A model generated the notes under the pieces. That model ran no database searches. It was given only the letters and a program-made list of their open reading frames with translations, and was not told the DNA's origin. From assembly GCA_963724765.1 (NCBI GenBank), contig CAVRVY010000003.1, positions 352,001 through 416,000 of the forward strand: a stretch of DNA of 64,000 nucleotides, in the 5' to 3' direction. The position numbers and the translations under genes were made by a program. Shown here piece after piece: positions 40,368 through 48,799 of this stretch. This DNA is from an uncultured delta proteobacterium (GTDB lineage Bacteria > Desulfobacterota > Binatia > Binatales > Binataceae). Each line of letters starts with the position of its first letter. The stretch's first letter is position 1.

Positions 40368-42002
40368 TTACTGCTTGACCTTCGCGATCTTGGTACCCCA
40401 GAGGCTCGCGCCCGCAACCCTTTGGTTGGTGATCCAGCCAATGATACTTCCCGAAGTCCCGGTGGAGGAAGTCGCCGGATCGAATCGCGCGGCCGAATAA
40501 TCACCCCAACGTTGGGGACTTGACGCGGCAGGACTGCTATTGCCGCTCAGGCAGACCGCACTTTTTGCCACCGGAGTGGCACTCAGAGACACCGGGCCGT
40601 TGGCGAGCGAGCCGCCAAACAATACCATGGGCTTCAAATTTCCCGTTGTATCGGTCGCAGTCTCGGTTACGAAGATGTCGCCCAGGGCATCGGCCGCGAG
40701 CGATGGGTTGAAGTCATCCGACGTGGCGCTGAGAAAGAACGTACCAGTACCACCCGTAGGAATAGTGTCCGTCGACGGATCGAAGGCGTACCACGTGGGC
40801 ACGGGAAATCCGGCAATCCCAGCCGTGTGGACGCAATAGAGCAAGCCGTCAGTGAAACCGCCGGTCGGAGGAATCTGGTAACAGGCGTTCTGGAAGCGGC
40901 CGTCCAATGTATCGATGGTTTCCGTGCAGCCCGGCTGCACCGCACTGGGCGGTGTAGAGAAATTGGTGCCGGGAATACTGACCGGCCCCGACATAGCGGG
41001 TGAGGTGCTGGCATTGGTCATCGTGTAAAGCGATACCCCACTGCCGGCCACGGCCGCAGCAAAATAGTCGGCCGGGAAGTGTCCATAGAAAGGGGCGCCA
41101 AGCTGAATCGGTGGCATCAACGTGCCGGTAAGCCCGGTGAATATCGGCACGCTAAAGCCTAGCCCGTTGTAGGCGCGCGCCTTCGGAATCGCAAATGCAA
41201 CAGTGGTGAGATAGGTATCGGAACTGTTGTAGACGTTGCCGGTGAATAGCAGAGCATCCTGATCCATTCCTAGATGCGGGTAGTCGAGAAAATCGGGCAA
41301 ACCAAACGCACCGCCGGTGATTCTGTATACGAACCATCCGCTGGTGGCGGAACCGGTCTTCGATATCGCCAACCACAGGTAGCTCTTCGTGAAGTCGTCC
41401 GAGGTCACAACCCATCGCTTCCAGGTGCTGTCGAAGAGGACCTGCACGTCGCCCAGGAAGTCCGATGTGCCAAACAGCGGGTTAAGGGAAGTCCGCGCCA
41501 GAACGTTGCCCAACTTGTCGAAGACCCACAACGAAGCGTTGGTAATCTGGACGACCTGACCGGTCGACACATCCGCATCGTCGTCCGAAGGATATTCATT
41601 GTGCCCGACCGCCCCCTCCACGGCACCGAGAAAATTAACCGCCGTAACGCTGGGGGCCTCGACGCTGGGACTGGCGCTCGGAGCCCTCGATATATTGCTC
41701 GCCGCGTTTGCGGCGGCCTTAAGCGCGGCGTACTGCTGCTGGGGGATGGTAGGCCGCCGCAGCGCGAGCGCAGCAGCAGGGACCGGGCCTGACGGCGCGA
41801 GCGCCGCGTCGGCGGCGATCGCTTCCGGAGTCCGGTCTATCGGGCCGGACGCGCTCACCGTACCTGAGGCGGTTATGCTAGGACCGGCATAAGCTTGAGG
41901 CGCCTCGCTTTGTGCGCGCAGCGAACGCTGGATGGTAAAAACCACCAGCATCGCGACCGCGCTCACCGTCGCCAATAACACCAAACATCTCGAGCGTTTC
42001 AT
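40368..42002 (-). CDS. Secreted 'PSD...RWGDY' family protein, function unknown
   Basis: Signal peptide; YPSD...VQITN, DYPHLGMD, PPSAVQP, DTLDGR, RWGDYS; paralog of 38374-40170. Confidence 0.85.
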   Translation of the reverse strand: MKRSRCLVLLATVSAVAMLVVFTIQRSLRAQSEAPQAYAGPSITASGTVSASGPIDRTPEAIAADAALAPSGPVPAAALALRRPTIPQQQYAALKAAANAASNISRAPSASPSVEAPSVTAVNFLGAVEGAVGHNEYPSDDDADVSTGQVVQITNASLWVFDKLGNVLARTSLNPLFGTSDFLGDVQVLFDSTWKRWVVTSDDFTKSYLWLAISKTGSATSGWFVYRITGGAFGLPDFLDYPHLGMDQDALLFTGNVYNSSDTYLTTVAFAIPKARAYNGLGFSVPIFTGLTGTLMPPIQLGAPFYGHFPADYFAAAVAGSGVSLYTMTNASTSPAMSGPVSIPGTNFSTPPSAVQPGCTETIDTLDGRFQNACYQIPPTGGFTDGLLYCVHTAGIAGFPVPTWYAFDPSTDTIPTGGTGTFFLSATSDDFNPSLAADALGDIFVTETATDTTGNLKPMVLFGGSLANGPVSLSATPVAKSAVCLSGNSSPAASSPQRWGDYSAARFDPATSSTGTSGSIIGWITNQRVAGASLWGTKIAKVKQ

Positions 42003-42367
42003 AGATCGTTCCCCCCGAATTTGGCTGATAGCGAAAGTCTTTCCTCTGACCCCTTTCTCCTTAAGCGGTTTTGAGAAGCATCATCGTTTCAGCCGGACAT
42101 TATCCGACAAAGCGGGTTGACGCAAATAAATTAATGCTAAAAGATTTCTATACAGTTAATTTTATCTAATTCAACGTTTTTCAGTAAATTAGAACGAATC
42201 TAACATATATGGCACAAAATGTAGCGAATTTTCGTATTCTTTCAATAGCGACTTCTGAGACCGCAATTTTCTGCGATATGTTGAGATATCTGCTGAGAGA
42301 ATCGATAAAATAGGTTCACGCGCTTGTGCACCGGCCCACTGGGCGCGCGAGCATCGGGAACAAGCTA

Positions 42368-42676
42368 ATGGGACCGCCACTTCTGCTCCTGCTGATGCTG
42401 GCCACAGCAGTGGTCCCCCATATTGCATGGGCGCAGCCTACGTCCGAAGCTACCCCGCAGAGCAATGCGACGGTCTCTCAAGCAACGGTGGGCGCAGGGC
42501 GCGCGGTCGTCAGGACCCCTGAGGACATTGCGCGGGATCGCAATATTGTGCCGCGGGACGGTACGGCTCGCGAGGTTCCGATCCATCCCACAATCCCGCA
42601 GGATCGCTACCTGAAGTTGAAACAGGGAAGCGCTCAGAGCGCGCCGGATGACCAGAACGGCCCAGCTCGAAAGTGA
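42368..42676 (+). CDS. Small secreted protein similar to the N-terminal pro-region of the 40368-42002 protein
   Basis: Signal peptide ending AWA-Q; RTPEDIARD...PTIPQDRYLKLK. Confidence 0.72.
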   Translation: MGPPLLLLLMLATAVVPHIAWAQPTSEATPQSNATVSQATVGAGRAVVRTPEDIARDRNIVPRDGTAREVPIHPTIPQDRYLKLKQGSAQSAPDDQNGPARK

Positions 42677-42788
42677 GACTTCCTATCTACGTCGCGGACC
42701 ACGCGCAGCGGAGGCGAATCGAAGGGGGCGGCTAAGCTGCGATATAAAGACGCGAACTAAAGATGCGCGCCAGGTTCGAGCCGGGCTG

Positions 42789-43061
42789 CTAGTGACCCCG
42801 CGTCCCGCAGGTCCCGCATCCGCTGGCGCATCCTCCGGCCGCCGCATCCTTCTCGGGTGGCGGGCCGAAGTAGTAGCCCTCTTGTTCGAGCTCGCCGGCC
42901 TTGACCCAGCGCACCGGCGCTCCTATCTCCGTATCGCAATGCACACAGCACCTGCGCTCGCGATCGCCGTCATCGAGGGTTACATGCACCAGCACGACGC
43001 GCTCGCAGGCGGCGCAATGCGCGGTGGGAAAACTCGACGCATTGAGCGACAAATCCTTCAT
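42789..43061 (-). CDS. Small zinc-ribbon protein with Cys-rich C-terminal tail
   Basis: CAAC...CCVHC plus GGCASGCGTCG. Confidence 0.72.
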   Translation of the reverse strand: MKDLSLNASSFPTAHCAACERVVLVHVTLDDGDRERRCCVHCDTEIGAPVRWVKAGELEQEGYYFGPPPEKDAAAGGCASGCGTCGTRGH

Positions 43062-43212
43062 CGTAAAGACGAGTCCTTCATCGTCAAGCCGATGCCGTGT
43101 ATAGCAAGTGGCCGTGAGGTAGTCTAATCCTCCTCCGCCGCCGGATCATCACCGGCAGAGCGGAATACGCGCGGCGCAATCTCGCAGTGGAATTACGCGC
43201 CATAGAATTGCA

Positions 43213-43572
43213 ATGGACTGGAAGGACTCATGGCTATGGATTTCCGCGCTGCTCGGCATCGCCGGCGGGGTCACGATGTTCCTCCCGTTCGGGCGGGTGC
43301 TGAAATGGCGCGCGCGGATGCTGGAGCGGATGGAAGGTGCGCCCAACCGGACGGCGCTTTCGATAGGGATGGAGGCGGGAACGCTGGGATGGGCGGTTGC
43401 GGGAGCGATCGTATTCCTGTTCCTGCCTACGCTGCTGCTGCCGCACGGGACCGGAATCGCCTACCTGGCCGGCTTTATGATCGGGATGAGCTACAAGCGG
43501 CCGCGCTTCAATCGCCAGATGGAAGCGATCGGGCTTGCGCCGCACGCCACCCGCCGCCGCCCGGGCGTGTGA
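43213..43572 (+). CDS. Hypothetical membrane protein
   Basis: Three hydrophobic segments. Confidence 0.6.
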   Translation: MDWKDSWLWISALLGIAGGVTMFLPFGRVLKWRARMLERMEGAPNRTALSIGMEAGTLGWAVAGAIVFLFLPTLLLPHGTGIAYLAGFMIGMSYKRPRFNRQMEAIGLAPHATRRRPGV

Positions 43573-43617
43573 CTCAAGACACTGGTTGAGAGAGGCCCTC
43601 GGGGCGATCCGACGATC

Positions 43618-45075
43618 CTAAGCGTGCACGCTCGGATGGCGATCCGCCCATGGCGCGGCCTGCTCGAGCTGCGCCGCCAGCCGCAACAGCAAGTCCTCGC
43701 GTCCGTAAGCCGCGACGAACTGGACGCCTACCGGCTCCCCGTCGGGCGTCATGTGCAGTGGCAGTGAGATGGCCGGCTGGCCTGCGATGTTCCACGGCGC
43801 GGTAAACGGGCTGACCTCGTTGAGCCGCACGCCTACGTTGCGCGGATGCTCGCCGGCGCGAACCTTGAAAATTCCCAGCTCCGGCGCCGGCCGCGCCATC
43901 GTCGGCGTCACCAGCACGTCGAAGCCGCCGCTCCACCATCCGGCCGCCGCGCGCGAGAAGTGGTTGAACCATTCGCACGCGGCCAGATAATCGACCAGCT
44001 TCAGCCGCCGGCCGCGCTCGACCAGGAACCATGTCCATTCGTCGAAATCGTCGGCGCCGACCGCGCGACCGAGCATCGTCTCGACCACCGCGGCCTGCCG
44101 CGCGACGCCGCCGGCGACGACTCTGCCGAAGGCGGAACTCAGCGTGGCGTCGTCGAGCGCCGCGGGGAAATTCGGCTCGACCTTGTGGCCCAGCGACTCC
44201 AGCAATTTTGCCGCGCCGCGCACCCCCGCCGCGCACTCCGGATGGAGCCCCGGATGAGACAGCGGGGCGCGGTCCATGAAGCCGATTCGCAACCGCCCGG
44301 GCGCCTGGCCAACCTCATCGCGGAACCGACGCGAGGGCGGCGGCGCCATCCACGGATCGCCCGGCATATAGCCCGCGATAACGTCCAGCGCGGCGGCGGC
44401 GTCGCGCACCGTGCGCACCAGCGCGCCCTCTTCACACAAGCCATGCCAGAACTCGGCGTGCGCGGGCCCGAGCGAGGTCCGGCCGCGCGAACCCTTGAGC
44501 CCGACCAATCCGCAGAAGGAGGCGGGAATCCGCACCGATCCGCCGGCGTCGTTGCCGTGCGCAATCGGGACGATGCCCGAGGCGACCGCGGCAGCCGCGC
44601 CGCCACTCGACCCGCCCGCGATCCGCGCCGTGTTCCACGGATTGCGCGTCGCGCCCCATGCGCGCGTCTCGGTCGAGAGCGTCGCGCCCCACTCAGGCAC
44701 CGTGCTCTGCGCCAGCGTTATCAGACCGGCCGCGCGAAACTTCGCCGCCACGTACGAGGTCGACGGCGCGACCATTTTAGCGTCCTTGAACGCTTTCCAG
44801 CCCCAGCTAAACGGCTCGCCCTCCGTGCTCTGGAGCAGGTCCTTCATAAGGAACGGTACGCCGCGGAAAATGCCGGCGGGGATGGCGTCGCGGTCGCGCG
44901 CTTCGGCGCGCGCCTTGTCGTAGCGGGCAAAGATGACGCAGTTGAGTTGCGGATTCAGCCGCTCGATCCGCGCTATCGCGGCCTCGGCCAATTCCGCCGG
45001 CGTCACCGCACCCTTGGCGACGAGTTCGGCCTGCGCGGTCGCATCGAGCCAGGTAAGTTCATCGTTGCCGCTCAT
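43618..45075 (-). CDS. Amidase signature family protein
   Basis: GVPFLMKD, GGSSGGAAAAVA, NDAGGSVRIPASFCGLVGLK. Confidence 0.93.
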   Translation of the reverse strand: MSGNDELTWLDATAQAELVAKGAVTPAELAEAAIARIERLNPQLNCVIFARYDKARAEARDRDAIPAGIFRGVPFLMKDLLQSTEGEPFSWGWKAFKDAKMVAPSTSYVAAKFRAAGLITLAQSTVPEWGATLSTETRAWGATRNPWNTARIAGGSSGGAAAAVASGIVPIAHGNDAGGSVRIPASFCGLVGLKGSRGRTSLGPAHAEFWHGLCEEGALVRTVRDAAAALDVIAGYMPGDPWMAPPPSRRFRDEVGQAPGRLRIGFMDRAPLSHPGLHPECAAGVRGAAKLLESLGHKVEPNFPAALDDATLSSAFGRVVAGGVARQAAVVETMLGRAVGADDFDEWTWFLVERGRRLKLVDYLAACEWFNHFSRAAAGWWSGGFDVLVTPTMARPAPELGIFKVRAGEHPRNVGVRLNEVSPFTAPWNIAGQPAISLPLHMTPDGEPVGVQFVAAYGREDLLLRLAAQLEQAAPWADRHPSVHA

Positions 45076-45143
45076 CTTTGAGATGCCCCTTTCCAGGATT
45101 TTTCCAGAATTTTCAATAATTTCTGATGTCGCCGCCGCGAAAC

Positions 45144-46655
45144 TCACTCGGCCACCGTCTCCGCGGCAATACCCGCGCTGGTGCGCTTCAAGAGCATGCA
45201 CCAGGGCGCGAGCAAAAGTATAACAATCGCGAGCACCCGGTAGACGTCGTTGTACGCGAGCAACCAGGCCTGCGACGCTGCGGTCGCGGCGACGAGATGC
45301 TTCGCGGGGGCCGAAACCGGCGATGCGATCAAATGCGCCAGGTGAACCTTATGGCGCGTAGCCAGAAGATTGGTCGACGCCGCGATGCCGGTGGCCGCGC
45401 CGATATTCACCATCATGCTGAACAGGCTGGAGGCGAAGCCCATCCGCTCGCGCCGGATCTGGCCGAGCCCGACCGCGGTGACCGTCGGAAACACCGAGCC
45501 CAGCCCCAAGCCGAAGAAAAAGATCGGCCACAGCACCGCGCTCATGCTGATGGCGAGGCCCCAGTGCGACATGCGCCAGACCTCGTACGCGCCGAGCACG
45601 AAGCCGCCGGCGACGATCGGGCGCATATCGGTGCCGCGTCGCGAAAGCTGGCCCACCGCCAGCAGCGCGATTACGACGCCGATTCCGCGCGGCGCCACCG
45701 CGAGGCCCGCCTTCCACGCGTCGTAGCCGAGCAGCGTCTCCATGAACAGCGGGTTCAGCAGGTTGATGCTGAACAGCGCCAGCGCCTGGAACGAAATGAT
45801 CAGCACGGCGAGCGTGAAGCCGAAAATCTTGAGCATCCGGAAATCGATGATCGGTTCGGGAAAGCGCAACTCGTGGAATACGAGCGCGACCGTCGAAAGC
45901 GCGGACAACACGCAGGCGTAACGCACCCACGGCGCCGCGAACCATCCCGCGCGTCCGCCGACGGCGAGCACGATCTGGAACAGTCCCAGCGCCACGGCGA
46001 CGAGGATTATCCCGAAATAGTCGATACGGCCGCTGCCGCGCTGGCGGCGCAGGTAGGGCGGATCGTGCACGAACGCATACACCATCAGCATCGCGACCAC
46101 GCCGGTCGGCACGTTGATGAAAAAGATCCAGCGCCAGCTCCAGTTGAGCGTGATCCAGCCGCCCAGCGTGGGGCCGAGAACCGGTGCCGCCATCAGGCCC
46201 ATCCCGAACGTCGTCATCGCGAGCGTATGCTCGTCGGGCGGAAAGGTTTCGATCAGGATCGCCTGCGACAGCGGAATCATCGCGGCCCCAGCCGCACCCT
46301 GGAGCAGGCGGAAAATCACCATCTCGCCAACGCTCCCGGCCAGCCCGCACATCGCGGAGGTAGCCGCGAACATCAGCACCGAGGCGAGGAAATAGCGCTT
46401 GCGCCCGAAGCGCACCGCGCACCATCCGGTCATCGGAATCGTCACGCTGACCGCGACCAGGTAGCTCGTGAGCACCCAAGTGATCTGGTCGACGTCGGCG
46501 GCGAAACTCTTTTGCATATATGGCAGCGAGACGTTGACGATCGACGCGTCGAGCACCGTCATGACCGCGCCGATCATCACCGCCCCCGCGACCAGCCATT
46601 TTTGAACGGCCAGCGGATGCGCTGCGGCGCCCGCCTCGAGCGAAGGGGTTGCCAT
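45144..46655 (-). CDS. DHA2-family MFS efflux transporter (EmrB-like)
   Basis: LDASIVNVSLP, WVLTSYL, APVLGPTLGGWIT, WRWIFFINVP. Confidence 0.92.
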   Translation of the reverse strand: MATPSLEAGAAAHPLAVQKWLVAGAVMIGAVMTVLDASIVNVSLPYMQKSFAADVDQITWVLTSYLVAVSVTIPMTGWCAVRFGRKRYFLASVLMFAATSAMCGLAGSVGEMVIFRLLQGAAGAAMIPLSQAILIETFPPDEHTLAMTTFGMGLMAAPVLGPTLGGWITLNWSWRWIFFINVPTGVVAMLMVYAFVHDPPYLRRQRGSGRIDYFGIILVAVALGLFQIVLAVGGRAGWFAAPWVRYACVLSALSTVALVFHELRFPEPIIDFRMLKIFGFTLAVLIISFQALALFSINLLNPLFMETLLGYDAWKAGLAVAPRGIGVVIALLAVGQLSRRGTDMRPIVAGGFVLGAYEVWRMSHWGLAISMSAVLWPIFFFGLGLGSVFPTVTAVGLGQIRRERMGFASSLFSMMVNIGAATGIAASTNLLATRHKVHLAHLIASPVSAPAKHLVAATAASQAWLLAYNDVYRVLAIVILLLAPWCMLLKRTSAGIAAETVAE

Positions 46656-46691
46656 GAGTCAGAGACCGCGGGCCCGAATCAACCTCGCCGC

Positions 46692-47798
46692 CTAGCCCAG
46701 GTTGCCCGGGTCGAGGCGGTCGCGCAGATGATCGCCGAGAAAGTTGAACGACATCACGGTCAGGAAAATGAAAACACCGGGGATAAGAATCCACGGATAG
46801 CGCGCGAGGTTTTGCACGTCCTGCGCCTGCGCCAATAGATTGCCCCAGCTCGCGGCCGGCTCCTGGATGCCCAGGCCGAGCAGCGAGAGTGCGCTCTCGC
46901 CGAGGATGAAACCGGGAATCGACAGCGTCGCGGCCACGATCGCGTAGCCGAGCACCGACGGGATGACGTGAAGGAAGATTATCCGCGTGCGCGAGGCGCC
47001 CAACGCACGCGCCGCCTCGACGTAGGGGCGCGAGCGCACCGAGGCCGCCATCCCGCGGATGATCCGGGCGAAGCCGGCCCAGCTGATGAAGCTCATGATC
47101 GCGACGATCGTGAAAAAAGTCATCACCGGGCTCACGCCCGAAGGAATCACCGCGGCCAGCGCGAGCAGGAAATAAAACGACGGCAGCGACATCTCGATCT
47201 CCGACCAGCGCATGATCAGATTGTCGGTAAGCCCGCCGACATAGCCCGAAAACGCGCCCACCACGATGCCGAGCGAGAAAGTGATCAACACGCCGATAAG
47301 GCCGACGCACATACTGACGCGCGCGCCGTATACGATGCGCGAGAAGAGGTCGCGGCCCAGCCCGTCGCTGCCCATGATGAAGTACGGCTCGTCCGCCGAC
47401 TCGGTGGTGAAGAGATGGCCGTGATGGAAAACCCGCAGATAGGTCTTGCGCGAGCGGTCGGGGGTGAAGATGCGCGCCGCCGCGTCGCTCATCCGCATCG
47501 GATGGGCGTAGAAAAATCCGTGCGCCCACTCGGCCGGCCGCGCCAAATGCAGATGCATCGGCGGACAGTCGGGCAGGTCGCGATATTGGCGGATCGGATC
47601 GTAAGGCGCGACCAGGGGAGAGGCGGCGGCGAAGAAATAGAACAGCAGCAGGCAGCTAACCGAGAGCCGCACTACCCACGAGGCGCGGCGCCACTCGCAG
47701 CCAAGGCCGTCCAGCAGCGCGCGCGCGCGCCACGCGCGCGCGGCCGGCAGACCGGACGGGGCGTAGTTGTTCGGGATCGTCGCCTGGGAAGCCGGCAT
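46692..47798 (-). CDS. Peptide/nickel ABC transporter permease (OppC/DppC)
   Basis: GSDGLGRDLFSRIVYGARVS, YVEAARALGAS, LGLGIQEP. Confidence 0.92.
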   Translation of the reverse strand: MPASQATIPNNYAPSGLPAARAWRARALLDGLGCEWRRASWVVRLSVSCLLLFYFFAAASPLVAPYDPIRQYRDLPDCPPMHLHLARPAEWAHGFFYAHPMRMSDAAARIFTPDRSRKTYLRVFHHGHLFTTESADEPYFIMGSDGLGRDLFSRIVYGARVSMCVGLIGVLITFSLGIVVGAFSGYVGGLTDNLIMRWSEIEMSLPSFYFLLALAAVIPSGVSPVMTFFTIVAIMSFISWAGFARIIRGMAASVRSRPYVEAARALGASRTRIIFLHVIPSVLGYAIVAATLSIPGFILGESALSLLGLGIQEPAASWGNLLAQAQDVQNLARYPWILIPGVFIFLTVMSFNFLGDHLRDRLDPGNLG

Positions 47799-47800
47799 GC

Positions 47801-48781
47801 TCAATCCGCGCTAAGCCCGGAGAAATCGACACGCGGGTCCACCATCACCAGCGCGATATCGGCCAGCAGATTGCCCAGCAACAGCAGTACGGTGCCCATC
47901 AGCACCGAGCCCATCACCAGGTAAATGTCGAGCGAGCGCACCGCGTCGAGCAGCAGCAGGCCCAGTCCCTGCAGGTTCATCACCGCCTCGATCAGCGCCG
48001 CGCCACCGAGCAGGTCGGCAAGGCCATAGCCGGCCAGCGTGACGAAGGGATTGAGCGCGTTGCGCAGCACGTGCTTGTACATCACGACGCGTTCCGGCAG
48101 GCCCTTGGCGCGCGCCGTGCGCACGAACTCGGAATTCTTGATCTCGAGAATTTGCGAGCGCATCAGACGCATCAGCGACGCCATCCCCGCCACGCCCAGC
48201 ACGAACACCGGCAGAATGAGATGGTTGATACGGTCGGCGATACGGCCCCAGGTGTTGAGGCTCTCATAGTAAGGCGAAAAGGTTGCGCCGACCGGGAACC
48301 ATCCGGTGCGCAGTGCCAGGTACATCATCAGGAAGGCGAGAAAAAAGTTTGGCACCGACATCCCGAAGAACGCCACGAACGACAGCACGCGGTCCCAGAT
48401 CGAGTTCTGCTTGACCGCGACGACGATCCCGATCGGAATCGCGACGACCCATGCGAAGATCATGGCCGCCAGCGCCAGGATGACGGTGTTGAACGCGCGC
48501 GCGGCGATGAGTGAGGTCACGTTGACCCGGTAGCTCATCGAAATCCCGAGATTCAGATGAATCACCTGCCAGAGCCACTTCGCGTAACGCACCATGAGCG
48601 GCTGATCGAGGCCGAACTGCGCCTCCATCTGCCGGATCACCTGGGGCGAGATGGCCGGGTTGAGCTTGAGGTTGGTGAGGAAGTTGCCCGGCGCGAGCGA
48701 CATCACCAGGAATGACAGGAACGTGATCCCGATGATCAGCGGGATCATGTTGAGCAGGCGCTTTATCAGGAACCTGGCCAT
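47801..48781 (-). CDS. Peptide/nickel ABC transporter permease (OppB/DppB)
   Basis: GLDQP, HLILP, FVRTARAKGL, HVLRNALNP, DPRV. Confidence 0.93.
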   Translation of the reverse strand: MARFLIKRLLNMIPLIIGITFLSFLVMSLAPGNFLTNLKLNPAISPQVIRQMEAQFGLDQPLMVRYAKWLWQVIHLNLGISMSYRVNVTSLIAARAFNTVILALAAMIFAWVVAIPIGIVVAVKQNSIWDRVLSFVAFFGMSVPNFFLAFLMMYLALRTGWFPVGATFSPYYESLNTWGRIADRINHLILPVFVLGVAGMASLMRLMRSQILEIKNSEFVRTARAKGLPERVVMYKHVLRNALNPFVTLAGYGLADLLGGAALIEAVMNLQGLGLLLLDAVRSLDIYLVMGSVLMGTVLLLLGNLLADIALVMVDPRVDFSGLSAD

Positions 48782-48799
48782 CGCTTGTGCGGCGGGCGG

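Noticed and set aside
45349-47529. 726-aa alternate-frame ORF and similar long shadows (6662-8407, 10169-11665, 17920-19491, 45126-46838)
   Set aside because: Arg/Ala/Pro-rich products of high-GC codon bias overlapping well-supported genes.
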